Source: an uncultured Gammaproteobacteria bacterium (lineage in GTDB: Bacteria > Patescibacteriota > Microgenomatia > UBA12405). From it: a stretch of 55,053 bases of DNA. The stretch spans positions 1-55,053 of the forward strand of contig CAYPBP010000005.1 of assembly GCA_964408995.1 (NCBI GenBank), given 5' to 3'. How positions within the stretch are numbered: position 1 is the stretch's first letter; each line of letters starts with the position of its first letter. Shown one piece after another: positions 8,544 to 18,969 of this stretch. Both the position numbers and the translations under genes were made by a program. Below the pieces are notes generated by a model. That model was given only the letters and a program-made list of their open reading frames with translations, was not told the DNA's origin and did no database searches.

Positions 8544-9398
8544 ATGTCTAACTTTAACCTTACCATCTACCCATCTCAAGCCGAATATGTTTTAAAACCC
8601 GGCATTACTATTATTCAAGCCTACGATATTATTAATAATTCCGATTTTGATATCACCTTAAACACTCAAGTTCTACCATGGATACCTTTTGGCAACGATG
8701 GTTCAGTTAGCTACAATCAAGCCGTCAACAATCCTGGTATTGAATTTTCTTTATCTAATGCCAACTTAAAAATAAATCAACCATTCATCTTAAAAGCTAA
8801 TTCTAAACAACAATTAGTTTTAAAAATAAAAACCGATCCAAATATTAATTTAGCTGACAATTATTACACTTTTTTTGTCTATCAAAATCAAAATGTTATT
8901 CAATCTAATAATAATTATAGTCAAACCACTGGTAAGATCGGTTCTCATTTATTATTAACTGTTTCTGATATTGAAAATCCTAAGGTAAATTCTATAATTC
9001 AAAATTTTTCCATTACTCCAAAAATTAAAGATGTTTTTTTTAGACCAATTAACTTTCAAGGACAAATTAGAAATAATTCCAATTTTTTCTTTAAAATTAA
9101 TGGCAAAATTATTATTACTAAAAATGAAAAAACTATTAAAGAACTTGATTTAAGTCCTAACAATGTCTTAAACCATCATTCTAGAGACATATTTTGTCAA
9201 GATCAAAACACTTGTAGCCTTAACCAACCCCTTTGGCCTGGCTACTACAAACTTAAGATGGAACTTGATCCTAGTCTTAATGCTAAAACTTACAATACTT
9301 CTTTTTATGTTTTACCAATTTCCCCTATTTTATTTCTACTTTTTACCACTATTACAATACTTGTATTTAAAAAAATTAAAAGTAAAAAAACTACTTAA
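8544..9398 (+). CDS. DUF916/WxLIP-like Ig-fold partner with C-terminal TM helix
   Basis: IYPSQAEYVLKPG, GKIGSHLLLTV, PGYYK, C-terminal TM then Lys tail; paralogous to 17890-18912. Confidence 0.65.
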   Translation: MSNFNLTIYPSQAEYVLKPGITIIQAYDIINNSDFDITLNTQVLPWIPFGNDGSVSYNQAVNNPGIEFSLSNANLKINQPFILKANSKQQLVLKIKTDPNINLADNYYTFFVYQNQNVIQSNNNYSQTTGKIGSHLLLTVSDIENPKVNSIIQNFSITPKIKDVFFRPINFQGQIRNNSNFFFKINGKIIITKNEKTIKELDLSPNNVLNHHSRDIFCQDQNTCSLNQPLWPGYYKLKMELDPSLNAKTYNTSFYVLPISPILFLLFTTITILVFKKIKSKKTT

Positions 9399-9407
9399 TT
9401 TACTAGC

Positions 9408-9436
9408 TAGACAAGCGGCAAATCAGTCTGTAAAAT
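9408..9436 (+). promoter_or_regulatory. sigma70-type promoter of pflBA
   Basis: TAGACA-17 bp-TAAAAT, 37 nt before pflB ATG. Confidence 0.65.
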
Positions 9437-9473
9437 ACATGCTCTGGTCTAAATCAAATTAGGCCAAAAATTT

Positions 9474-11696
9474 ATGAAAACTAACTGCCAAACCGAACCA
9501 AATTACAAAGAATCGATCAATGTTCGAGATTTTGTTTACCAAAATATTACCCCATACGATGGTGATGCCTCTTTTTTAGTTGGACCAAGTTTAAAAACCA
9601 AAAAACTTTGGACTGAATGTAAAAAACTTTTAAAAAAAGAAACTGACAATGGTGGTGTTTTAGACATTGATACTAAAACAATTTCCAGTATTACTAGCCA
9701 CAAACCAGGCTATATTAAAAAGAATTTAGAAGTGATTGTTGGACTTCAAACCGACGAACCCCTAAAAAGAGCTATCAAACCAGCTGGCGGTATTCGAGCT
9801 GTCACCCATGCTTGTGAGGAAAACCATAAAGAAGTTGATAAAAATGTCATTGAAATTTTTACCAAATATCGTCGCACCCACAATGATGGTGTTTTCTCTG
9901 CCTATACCGAAGAAACCCTTCGACTTCGAAAAACTGGTATTTTAACTGGTCTACCAGACGCTTATGCTCGAGGCAGAATTATTGGAGATTATAGAAGAGT
10001 TGCTCTATACGGAATAGATCAATTAATTGAAGCTAAAAAAGAAGATAAAAAACAGATTAACGACACTATGACTGATGAAAAAATTAGACTTCGAGAAGAA
10101 ATTACTGAACAAATAGACGGCTTAAATTTAATGAAAGAAATGGCTCTGGATTATGGATTTAATATCAGCCTTCCGGCCCAAAATGCCAAAGAAGCTATCC
10201 AATGGACCTATTTTGCTTATCTTTCAGCTGTTAAAGAACAAGATGGAGCCGCTATGAGTTTGGGTAATGTTAGCAATTTCTTTGATATTTACATTGAAAA
10301 AGATTTAAAAAATGGCTTTTTAACTGAAGAGCAAGCTCAAGAATTAATTGATCAATTCATTATCAAACTAAGAATGGTTCGCCATCTTCGCACTACAGAA
10401 TACAATGCCCTTTTTGCTGGCGATCCAACTTGGATTACTGAATCTCTTGGTGGTTGTTGGAATAATGGTAAACATAAAGTTACTAAAACCACTTATCGCT
10501 TTTTACAAACTCTTTACAATTTAGGAGCTGCCCCAGAACCAAATTTAACTATTCTTTGGTCTCAAAACTTACCTACTCCGTTTAAAGAATTCTGTACCAA
10601 AGTATCCATTGATACTTCTTCAATTCAATATGAAAACGATGATTTAATGAGAAAAACTTGTCAAACTGACGATTATGGTATTAGTTGTTGTGTTTCTCTT
10701 TTGGAAACTGGCAAACAAATGCAATTTTTTGGAGCTAGATGCAATATTGCTAAAGCTCTTCTCTTAGCCATCAACGAAGGTGTGGATGAAGTTAGTGGTA
10801 TCAAAATTATGGATATTGAGCCTCTAAAAAGTAATTATTTGGATTATAAAGAAGTTCTTAAACGCTTTAAACTCACCACCGCCTTTCTTGCCAAAAATTA
10901 TGTTAACACCATGAATGTCATCCATTACATGCATGACAAATATTATTACGAACGAGCTCAAATGGCCCTCTTAGACACCGACGTTAAACGAGTTATGGCT
11001 TTCGGCTTAGCTGGCCTATCAGTTGCCACTGATTCACTTTCAGCTATTAAATTTGCCAAAGTTAAAGCAATTAGAAATGAACAAGGCATTGCCACTGATT
11101 TTGAAATCGAAGGTAATTTCCCTAAATATGGTAATAATGATGATTCAGTTGATTTAATTGCCAAAGATATTCTTGATAGTTTTAATCAAGAACTTCAAAA
11201 ACATCATATTTACCGAGACGCCTTACCAACTTTATCAATTTTGACCATTACCTCAAACGTAGTTTATGGTAAAAAGACTGGTTCAACCCCAGATGGCAGA
11301 AAGTTAGGAGCTCCATTTGCCCCAGGCGCCAATCCTATGCATGGTCGAGATACTAGCGGTGCTATCGCTTCCCTAAATTCTGTAGCTAAATTAGATTATG
11401 AAAATGCTAGAGATGGAATCTCAAATACCTTTTCAACTACCACCAAAACTCTAGGTGGCACCCCTAAGGAACAAACTACAAATCTATCAACCCTCCTCGA
11501 TTCCTATTTCAAAAAAAATAGCCACCATCTCAATGTTAATATCATGAATAAAGAAACCTTAATCAATGCCATGGAACATCCCGAACTCTATCCTCAATTA
11601 ACCATCAGAGTTTCTGGTTATGCTGTCAATTTCATCAAATTAAACCGCGAACAACAACAAGAAGTCCTTTCTCGAACTTTCTTTGAGACAATGTAA
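9474..11696 (+). CDS. pflB: Pyruvate formate-lyase
   Basis: [26 protein letters not shown], active-site ISCCV, glycyl-radical motif [12 protein letters not shown]. Confidence 0.97.
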   Translation: MKTNCQTEPNYKESINVRDFVYQNITPYDGDASFLVGPSLKTKKLWTECKKLLKKETDNGGVLDIDTKTISSITSHKPGYIKKNLEVIVGLQTDEPLKRAIKPAGGIRAVTHACEENHKEVDKNVIEIFTKYRRTHNDGVFSAYTEETLRLRKTGILTGLPDAYARGRIIGDYRRVALYGIDQLIEAKKEDKKQINDTMTDEKIRLREEITEQIDGLNLMKEMALDYGFNISLPAQNAKEAIQWTYFAYLSAVKEQDGAAMSLGNVSNFFDIYIEKDLKNGFLTEEQAQELIDQFIIKLRMVRHLRTTEYNALFAGDPTWITESLGGCWNNGKHKVTKTTYRFLQTLYNLGAAPEPNLTILWSQNLPTPFKEFCTKVSIDTSSIQYENDDLMRKTCQTDDYGISCCVSLLETGKQMQFFGARCNIAKALLLAINEGVDEVSGIKIMDIEPLKSNYLDYKEVLKRFKLTTAFLAKNYVNTMNVIHYMHDKYYYERAQMALLDTDVKRVMAFGLAGLSVATDSLSAIKFAKVKAIRNEQGIATDFEIEGNFPKYGNNDDSVDLIAKDILDSFNQELQKHHIYRDALPTLSILTITSNVVYGKKTGSTPDGRKLGAPFAPGANPMHGRDTSGAIASLNSVAKLDYENARDGISNTFSTTTKTLGGTPKEQTTNLSTLLDSYFKKNSHHLNVNIMNKETLINAMEHPELYPQLTIRVSGYAVNFIKLNREQQQEVLSRTFFETM

Positions 11697-11698
11697 AT

Positions 11699-12424
11699 AT
11701 GCTAAAAGTTCATTCAATTGAAACATTTGGAACCCACGAAGGACCAGGTATTCGTTTGGTAGTTTTTCTTCAAGGATGTAATATCCGTTGTCTTTATTGC
11801 CACAACCCCGATCTTCTAGAAATAAAAGGCGGCCAAGAAATGACTGTTAAAAAAATTATTGATATTGCCCAAAATCAAAAAGAATATTTTAGTGATAATG
11901 GCGGTATCACTGTTTCCGGTGGTGAACCAACTCTCCAAGCAGTTGACGTCTTAAAATTATTTAAAGCCGCTAAAAAAATCGGTATTCACACTGCTCTGGA
12001 CACCAACGGAACTATTATCAATAATGATGTTAAAAAACTCTATGATAAAACTGATCTCTTACTTTTAGATGTTAAACACATTAATGATCAAGAACACCAA
12101 AAACTAACCGGTTGCAGTAATAAAAATGCTTTAGAAATGGCTAAATTCAGAGAACTTTCTAAAAAACCAATGTGGCTTCGCTATGTTTTGGTCCCAAATA
12201 TCAATGACAGTCAAAAATTTTTAACCGATTGGGCTAACTATTTTAAAGATTATAAAAGCATTCAACGTGTTGAAATCTTGCCTTATCACACCCTTGGAGT
12301 CTATAAATATAAAGAGTTAGGGATGAAGTACTTTTTAAAAAACACCCCACCGCCTACCGACTCTTCCATTTCTCTTGCCAAATCAATCTTTGATAAATAC
12401 TTTAAAGAAGTGGTAGTTAAATAG
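11699..12424 (+). CDS. pflA: Pyruvate formate-lyase activating enzyme (radical SAM)
   Basis: GPGIR...QGCNIRCLYCHNPD, GITVSGGEP, LPYHTLG; 2 nt after pflB. Confidence 0.96.
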   Translation: MLKVHSIETFGTHEGPGIRLVVFLQGCNIRCLYCHNPDLLEIKGGQEMTVKKIIDIAQNQKEYFSDNGGITVSGGEPTLQAVDVLKLFKAAKKIGIHTALDTNGTIINNDVKKLYDKTDLLLLDVKHINDQEHQKLTGCSNKNALEMAKFRELSKKPMWLRYVLVPNINDSQKFLTDWANYFKDYKSIQRVEILPYHTLGVYKYKELGMKYFLKNTPPPTDSSISLAKSIFDKYFKEVVVK

Positions 12425-12426
12425 CT

Positions 12427-12888
12427 TTAAATCAAAACCAATTCCTCTTCTTTGATTAATCCCACTAATTTCAGTAAGTTTTTAGTCATCAATTCCACTG
12501 AAAATATTTTAGGTTCAAATTCGGCTAATTTTGCCACTTCCACCCATTTATATTCGCTATATTCTTCATTTAATTTAATTTCCCCACTCTCATATCTGGC
12601 ATAATAATGTGGCAAAATCATAAAAGATCCATCCGCTTTAACAAAATAAACCATAGTATTAAAAACTGGATAAACTTTCACTTTAAAATTCTCTCCCATC
12701 TCTTCATCTTTTTCTCTTTTCAATCCCTCCACAATTCCCCCATCAGTAATCTCCATTTTCCCTCCAATAAAAGAAAAAACTCCATCAAAATCCTTCTCTC
12801 TAATTCTTTTGGCCAACAAAACTTCCGTATTATTATTTCTAAAAACTACAATCTTTTGACAGTTAGTAAAAGCATATTTTGAATCCAT
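12427..12888 (-). CDS. Nudix hydrolase (likely start 12888)
   Basis: Nudix box GGKME...LKREKDEEMG; NEEYSEYKWV. Confidence 0.88.
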   Translation of the reverse strand: MDSKYAFTNCQKIVVFRNNNTEVLLAKRIREKDFDGVFSFIGGKMEITDGGIVEGLKREKDEEMGENFKVKVYPVFNTMVYFVKADGSFMILPHYYARYESGEIKLNEEYSEYKWVEVAKLAEFEPKIFSVELMTKNLLKLVGLIKEEELVLI

Positions 12889-12933
12889 AGACGATTGTAC
12901 CAAATCTTTCAAAATCCACCCCTTAAGTTTAAA

Positions 12934-12972
12934 CCCCTCAGTCCTTCGGACGGCTCCCCTTGACAGGGGAGC
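12934..12972. repeat. Family A repeat overlapping the DUF559 3' end
   Basis: cccctcagtccttcggacggctccccttgacaggggagc; encodes CSPVKGSRPKD-stop on the minus strand. Confidence 0.85.
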
Positions 12973-13357
12973 ATTTTATAAACTCTTTAATTATTTTTTC
13001 TACTTCATTAATTTTATTTATCACCTCTTCATTATTGAATCTTAATGTTTTAATTCCACAACAATCTAAGTATTTATCTCTCAAGATATCTCTTTCTTTT
13101 TTATTGTTATGTGAATCACCATCTACCTCAATAATTAAACTTAATTCAGAACAATAAAAATCAGCTATAAATCTTCCAATTGGTTTCTGTCGACTAAATT
13201 TATATCCTAAATGCTTTTTTCTTAATAATTTATTCCATAATATCTTTTCACTTTCAGTTTCTTTTTTTCGATTTATTTTTGCTGCCCAAGTTAAAACATC
13301 ACAATATCTCAAATGATATTTCTTTGTTTTTGTTTCAATGACAATATTGTTTTTCAT
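12938..13357 (-). CDS. DUF559 / Vsr-like PD-(D/E)xK endonuclease
   Basis: TESEKILWNKL, FSRQKPIGRFIADFYC, IIEVDGDSH, ERDILRDKYL, LRFNNEEV. Confidence 0.92.
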   Translation of the reverse strand: MKNNIVIETKTKKYHLRYCDVLTWAAKINRKKETESEKILWNKLLRKKHLGYKFSRQKPIGRFIADFYCSELSLIIEVDGDSHNNKKERDILRDKYLDCCGIKTLRFNNEEVINKINEVEKIIKEFIKCSPVKGSRPKD

Positions 13358-13364
13358 TTCACTT

Positions 13365-13596
13365 CCTCCCCTGTCAAGGGGAGGCCAGGAGGGGTTTAAA
13401 TATATAAAATATATGTAGTAATTATTACATAATAATTAATTTAATGCTCCCCTGTCAAGGGGAGCTGTCCCGATTCGTCAATTCAAACCCTTCCCCAACC
13501 CCTTCCCTTGACAGGGCAGGGATAAAATATAATTTTATTTAAATTACAGCTCCCCTGTCAAGGGGAGCTGTCCCGCAACTGCGGGACCAAGGGGTT
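13365..13596. repeat. Cluster of four family A palindromes upstream of DUF559
   Basis: Cores ccctgtcaaggg/cccttgacaggg at ~13369, 13450, 13505, 13552. Confidence 0.88.
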
Positions 13597-13621
13597 TGAA
13601 TTAGAGGGATTTTGGACGACC

Positions 13622-13646
13622 AAAAAGCCCCCTTTCGGGGGCTTTC
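13622..13646 (-). terminator. Intrinsic terminator after ppdK
   Basis: Minus strand GCCCCC-GAAA-GGGGGC-TTTTT. Confidence 0.85.
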
Positions 13647-13669
13647 TTAATTCCTTATTAATAAGAAAA

Positions 13670-16309
13670 TTACTTAGCTTCAACAGCAGCTTGTGCAGCA
13701 GCTAATCTAGCGATTGGTACTCGGTAAGGGCTACAAGACACATAATTCAATCCAATTCTGTGACAGAATTTAACTGTGTCTGGATCTCCACCTTGTTCTC
13801 CGCAGATACCAATGTGAAGGTCTTTATTAACTCCTCGACCCAATTTAACTGCCATTTCCATAAGTTTACCAACACCAGCTTGGTCAACACTCTTGAATGG
13901 ATCTTCAGCCATGATTTTTTCTCTTAAATAATCTTTTAAGAATTTACCAGCATCATCTCGAGAGAATCCATAAGTCATTTGAGTTAAATCGTTGGTTCCA
14001 AATGAGAAGAATTCAGCTTCAGTAGCAATTTCATCAGCAGTTACGGCAGCACGAGGAATTTCAATCATGGTTCCAATCTCATATTTAAGATTAACTCCAT
14101 ATTCTTTCATGGTTGCTTCAATAACTGGAACTAGTTTAGCTTTTAACCATTTCATTTCTTCAACATCAGAAACTAATGGAATCATGATTTCAGGAACGAT
14201 TTTAGCACCTTTCTCTTTGGCTAATTCACAAGCTGCACTCATAATAGCTTTAACTTGCATTTGAGCCACTTCTGGGAAAGTAACTGCTAATCTACATCCA
14301 CGATGACCCATCATTGGGTTGAATTCATGAAGAGATTTTATTTTCTCTTTTAGAGTTTCAAATTGAATTCCCATTTCTTTTGCTAAAGCTTCGATGTCTT
14401 TATCTTCCTTTGGCACGAATTCGTGTAGAGGTGGATCAAGTAATCGAATTTTAACTGGAAGTCCGGCCATGATTTCAAATAATTGTTTGAAGTCATTTTT
14501 TTGCATTGGGAATAATTTTCCTAAAGCAGCTTCTCTTTGCTCTAAAGTGTCAGAGATAATCATTTGGCGAATAGCAAAGATTCTGTCTTCTTCAAAGAAC
14601 ATGTGTTCAGTTCTACAAAGACCAATACCTTGAGCTCCAAATTCTCGAGCCACTTTGGCATCTTTTGGAGTGTCTGCATTAGTTCTGACATTCATAGTTC
14701 GATATTTATCTGCCCATTTCATTAGAGTTTCAAAATCTCCACTCAAAGCCGCTTCCATGGTTGGAACTTGACCTAAAAAGACTTCACCAGTAGAACCATC
14801 TAGAGTAATGAATTCGCCTTCTTTTACTTCTAAATCATCTACTTTAAACATTTTGGCAGATTCGACAACTGTTATTGATTCACAACCAGCCACACAACAT
14901 CGACCCATACCTCGGGCTACCACAGCCGCATGAGAAGTCATTCCACCTCGAGCAGTCAAAATACCAGAAGCAGCATTCATACCAGCAATATCTTCAGGAG
15001 AAGTTTCAGCTCTAACTAAAATAACTTTTTTACCATTTTCAACCCAATTCACAGCTGTTTCTGCATTAAAGACCACTTGTCCATAAGCAGCACCCGGTGA
15101 AGCTGGTAAACCTTTAGCAATAACTTTGAAATCAGATTTAGCTTTAGGATCTAACATTGGATGAAGTAATTGATCTAATTTATCAGCTTCAACTCTAGTT
15201 AAAGCAGTTTTTTCATCAATCATACCTTCAGCTACTAAATCAACCGCTACTTTTACCATAGCTGGAGCAGTTCTTTTAGCATTTCTGGTTTGCAAAACAA
15301 ACAATACTCCATTTTCAATAGTAAATTCAACGTCTTGCATATCCTTGTAATGTTTTTCTAATCTATCAAAAATAGCAATAAGTTCTTTATAAACAACTTC
15401 ATTATCTTCTTTAAGAGAATCAAGTTTTTTAGGAGTTCTAATTCCTGCTACCACATCTTCACCTTGAGCATTCATCAAATATTCTCCATAAGCTTTATTT
15501 TCTCCAGTTGAAGGATTACGAGTAAAAGCCACCCCAGTTCCACAATCATCACCCATGTTTCCAAAAACCATAGCTTGGACGTTAACTGCAGTTCCAAAGA
15601 TTTTTTTCTCATCAACTTTATTTAATTGACGATAAATACAAGCTCGTGGATTATTCCAAGAACCAAAAACAGCATTGATAGCTCCCCAAAGTTGGACTTT
15701 AGCGTCACTTGGAAAATCTTTACCTTTTTCAACTTTATAAAGTTCTTTATAACCTTTAACCACTTCTTGCCAATCTTCAGCTGTCATTTTGGTATCTTCT
15801 TGAATCCCTTTTTTAGCTTTAACAGTGTTGATAATATGTTCTAATTTTTCATGTTCCATGCTTTCAACCACATTACAATACATTTGAATAAATCTTCGGT
15901 AAGAATCCCAAACAAATCGAGCATTACCAGTTTTTTCTACCATTCCTTTGACCACTTCTTCATTTAAACCTAAGTTTAAAATAGTGTCCATCATTCCAGG
16001 CATTGAAGCTGCAGCTCCAGATCTAACTGAAACTAAAAGTGGATTTTTAACATCTCCAAATTTCTTACCAGTTGTTTCTTCTAATTTCAAAATTCCCTCT
16101 TCAACTTCTTTTTCTAATTCGACAGGATATTGATTGCCATTATTATAATAGTATTGGCAAACTTCGGTTGACAAAGTAATACCGGCTGGAACTGGAATTC
16201 CAAGATTAGTCATTTCGGCAAGATTAGCTCCTTTACCACCAAGAATATATTTCATATCCTTGTCACCTTCAGCTTTTCCATTACCAAAAAAATAGACGTA
16301 TTGTTTCAT
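13670..16309 (-). CDS. ppdK: Pyruvate, phosphate dikinase
   Basis: LGGKGANLAEM, VSVRSGA..SMPGMMDT, GGMTSHAAVVARG, IGLCRTEHMF, FSFGTNDLTQ. Confidence 0.98.
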   Translation of the reverse strand: MKQYVYFFGNGKAEGDKDMKYILGGKGANLAEMTNLGIPVPAGITLSTEVCQYYYNNGNQYPVELEKEVEEGILKLEETTGKKFGDVKNPLLVSVRSGAAASMPGMMDTILNLGLNEEVVKGMVEKTGNARFVWDSYRRFIQMYCNVVESMEHEKLEHIINTVKAKKGIQEDTKMTAEDWQEVVKGYKELYKVEKGKDFPSDAKVQLWGAINAVFGSWNNPRACIYRQLNKVDEKKIFGTAVNVQAMVFGNMGDDCGTGVAFTRNPSTGENKAYGEYLMNAQGEDVVAGIRTPKKLDSLKEDNEVVYKELIAIFDRLEKHYKDMQDVEFTIENGVLFVLQTRNAKRTAPAMVKVAVDLVAEGMIDEKTALTRVEADKLDQLLHPMLDPKAKSDFKVIAKGLPASPGAAYGQVVFNAETAVNWVENGKKVILVRAETSPEDIAGMNAASGILTARGGMTSHAAVVARGMGRCCVAGCESITVVESAKMFKVDDLEVKEGEFITLDGSTGEVFLGQVPTMEAALSGDFETLMKWADKYRTMNVRTNADTPKDAKVAREFGAQGIGLCRTEHMFFEEDRIFAIRQMIISDTLEQREAALGKLFPMQKNDFKQLFEIMAGLPVKIRLLDPPLHEFVPKEDKDIEALAKEMGIQFETLKEKIKSLHEFNPMMGHRGCRLAVTFPEVAQMQVKAIMSAACELAKEKGAKIVPEIMIPLVSDVEEMKWLKAKLVPVIEATMKEYGVNLKYEIGTMIEIPRAAVTADEIATEAEFFSFGTNDLTQMTYGFSRDDAGKFLKDYLREKIMAEDPFKSVDQAGVGKLMEMAVKLGRGVNKDLHIGICGEQGGDPDTVKFCHRIGLNYVSCSPYRVPIARLAAAQAAVEAK

Positions 16310-16368
16310 ATTTTTGTTTAATATATTAATTTATAAATCCGCCTGTGGCGGAAACTTTCGACTCTCTT

Positions 16369-16418
16369 ATTATACCGACAAATAAAGGATTGACAAGTTG
16401 CCTAAAAGAAAATATAGT
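16369..16418. promoter_or_regulatory. Overlapping divergent sigma70-type promoters
   Basis: Plus: TTGACA(16390)-17-TATAGT(16413); minus: TTGTCA(16396-16391)-16-TATAAT(16374-16369). Confidence 0.65.
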
Positions 16419-16431
16419 TATACATATATAT

Positions 16432-17874
16432 ATGAAAAAGAAGTTTTTTTATCCGCTGATATTAATAGTATTGATTTTGCCTATCTGTCTAACTTTTTTT
16501 GCTCATAAAAATCAAGTCAGTTCACTTGATTCAGGTTATTTTACTTCTCTTAAAAACTCTCTTTCTACCAGTCAATTGTCTTATTTTAATAGGCTTGATG
16601 TCGGTGTTAGTAATCTTCAAATTGCAAGAGTGAATCAAGGAAACAATCCTTCTAATCTTAGTGAAAATTTATTTATTGGAGACACTCTTACTATTGATAG
16701 TGTTGGTGAATCTGATACATATATATTAGAAAATAAAGTATCTGATCAACTCTATTTAGACCGTAATATTACTGCCAATCAAGGAGCCATGGTCATAGCC
16801 ACCCGTTCAGCTGTTCATACTATTTCTTTTATGCCTCAATATGATTTAGATAATGGTTTATTAATGTTTTTAATCCAAGCCACCGATCTATCGGATGAAA
16901 CACCGGATGATGGCATCCCTGATCAAGGTGGATTTGACAGAAACGGTGTTTCTCTCTCAGATATCAGTTGTCCTGGTGGTGGAGTTGCTGGTGACGCTAA
17001 TATAACAACAATAGAAAAAGGTTTAGCTTCTGATGGAACTTATTTCCAAGTATTTTGTGGCGGAGTTAATTTAACTTCAGGTACTATGGCTGAAATAGTT
17101 ATCGGTAAAGAAGATGGTAACAAAATAATTAATCCTTCTCCTGGTAGGAATCACAATATTGGCGAAGCCAGCACCTTAAACTCTGGTGTTTATAATTTTG
17201 GTATAGCAGTTATGGATGAATTATATAATTTAGTTGGTATTGATATGGCTAAAGTAATTTTAACTGAAAATGTTCTTATAACTGCCGTAGTTGAACCAAT
17301 CATAACTTTTACTATTGGCACTTCTGGAGCAACTACTGTTGGAAGCATTCTTTGTGGCAGTCCAATTGGCAAATCCTACTCTGGATATACCCAAACAAAC
17401 GTAACTCCAAGTTATGTTAATTTTGGTCAACTATATTTAGACGCTCATAATGACTTAGCCCAAAGATTAAGTATTATAACTAACACCACAAATGGTTATG
17501 TTATCCAAGGCTATGAAAATAAACCATTAACAGCTGGTGTAGATACTATTCTTCCAGACACTGATTGTGGTGGAAATTGTTCTGTTACTACTGCTGGAGC
17601 ATGGACAGATACTTCTAACTCTGGTTTTGGTTATTCACTTGAAGTTGGCACTACTACTGGTAATGGAGCAAATGTTTCTCTTGGCATTGGTACTACTGGT
17701 CACTATAAAGCTTTTGGAGTTGGTACTAGTAATGCCCAAGCCCTATTAAGCCGAACTGATGTCCCTACTGGAACTGATTCTATTTATGTTTGCTATCGCA
17801 TAGTGGCAGATAGTGGTCAGCTACCTGGAACTTATGAAAATTCTATAAGTTATATTGCTACAGTTGTTTTCTAA
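16432..17874 (+). CDS. Secreted surface protein with C-terminal WxL-like/pilin-like domain (likely start 16432)
   Basis: Signal peptide MKKKFFYPLILIVL; C-terminus CSVTTAGAWTDTSNSGFGY...GTYENSISYIATVVF. Confidence 0.75.
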   Translation: MKKKFFYPLILIVLILPICLTFFAHKNQVSSLDSGYFTSLKNSLSTSQLSYFNRLDVGVSNLQIARVNQGNNPSNLSENLFIGDTLTIDSVGESDTYILENKVSDQLYLDRNITANQGAMVIATRSAVHTISFMPQYDLDNGLLMFLIQATDLSDETPDDGIPDQGGFDRNGVSLSDISCPGGGVAGDANITTIEKGLASDGTYFQVFCGGVNLTSGTMAEIVIGKEDGNKIINPSPGRNHNIGEASTLNSGVYNFGIAVMDELYNLVGIDMAKVILTENVLITAVVEPIITFTIGTSGATTVGSILCGSPIGKSYSGYTQTNVTPSYVNFGQLYLDAHNDLAQRLSIITNTTNGYVIQGYENKPLTAGVDTILPDTDCGGNCSVTTAGAWTDTSNSGFGYSLEVGTTTGNGANVSLGIGTTGHYKAFGVGTSNAQALLSRTDVPTGTDSIYVCYRIVADSGQLPGTYENSISYIATVVF

Positions 17875-17889
17875 AAATTAAAAATAAAA

Positions 17890-18912
17890 ATGAAATCTGC
17901 CACCCCACAAATTAAATTAGAAATTAGAAATTGGAAATTAGCCATTAGTCTCTTGCTAATACTATCTACAATCTATTATCTACGACCTAATATCTCATTT
18001 GCCCAATCAATTGAGGGTTTATCTGCTATTCCTCCTAGATTAGAAATCACTGTTAAAGCAAACGAGGTCGTTTCTCATGTTATTAAAGTTAGAAATGAAT
18101 CTAGTAAAGAAAAAAATATAGTTACTTCTGTCCAAGATTTTATAGTTAACGATAACAAAGGTACCCCTGTTGTTGTTTCAGTTACAGAAGAAGATAACCG
18201 TTGGGCCGCTAGCTCTTGGATTCAGATATCACCTTCATCTATGAGATTAAAAGGTGGTGAAACCAAAGCTCTCGTTTTAACAGTTACTCCTCCAATAAAT
18301 GCCCTTCCTGGTGGTCACTATGCTATGGCAATTCATAGTCCAGACAATGAACTCTCTGTTTTAGATTCAACTGGTGCTGCAATTCAAACCAGAGTTGGCA
18401 CTCTTATCTATATAACTATTCCCGGAGACATTAAAGAAAATGCTACAGTTAAAGACTTTACTGCTCCAAAGTTTTCCGAATTTGGACCAATTAACTTTAA
18501 ATCAATTATCCAAAATCTATCTGACATTCACATCCGACCTGCGGGTAATATCACTATCACCAATATGATTGGGATGAAATCTTTTATTCAATTTAATAAA
18601 AACGAAACCAATATTTTCCCTTCAAAAACTAGAGAATTTGAAGATCAACTTAGTAAAAAATTTCTTTTTGGTCGATATAAGGCCGAACTAAATGCTGTTT
18701 ATGGCACCACTGGACAAGTTGCCACTGGTGGACTTATTTTCTGGGTTATTCCTTGGAGATTGATGATTCTTCTTGTATTTGCCGTTGCTATTATTGCTTT
18801 TATTATTATCACTAAGAAAAATAAAATAATTAAAGTTGAAGATACTCAAGAAAAAGTTGACGAATTAGAAGCCGAACTCGAAGCCTTAAAACAAAAATAT
18901 AAAGATCAATAA
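17890..18912 (+). CDS. DUF916/WxLIP-like partner protein with C-terminal TM and coiled coil
   Basis: LSAIPPRLEI, LPGGHYAM, RVGTLIYITIPG, FGRYKAEL, TM FWVIPWRLMILL. Confidence 0.75.
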   Translation: MKSATPQIKLEIRNWKLAISLLLILSTIYYLRPNISFAQSIEGLSAIPPRLEITVKANEVVSHVIKVRNESSKEKNIVTSVQDFIVNDNKGTPVVVSVTEEDNRWAASSWIQISPSSMRLKGGETKALVLTVTPPINALPGGHYAMAIHSPDNELSVLDSTGAAIQTRVGTLIYITIPGDIKENATVKDFTAPKFSEFGPINFKSIIQNLSDIHIRPAGNITITNMIGMKSFIQFNKNETNIFPSKTREFEDQLSKKFLFGRYKAELNAVYGTTGQVATGGLIFWVIPWRLMILLVFAVAIIAFIIITKKNKIIKVEDTQEKVDELEAELEALKQKYKDQ

Positions 18913-18929
18913 GACCTTAATAGACTTTT

Positions 18930-18955
18930 AAACCCCCGCACCCGCGGGGGTTTTT
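18930..18955 (+). terminator. Terminator-like hairpin (family C palindrome)
   Basis: aaacccccgc-accc-gcgggggttttt. Confidence 0.75.
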
Positions 18956-18969
18956 GATAAACTTATTTA

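Noticed and set aside
9437-9473. pfl (ZTP) riboswitch upstream of pflB
   Set aside because: The predicted 5' UTR is only ~30 nt with one small hairpin (tggtctaa/ttaggcca), too short for the aptamer and pseudoknot
13365-13596. CRISPR array
   Set aside because: Repeats are in mixed orientation with irregular spacing, and no cas genes are present
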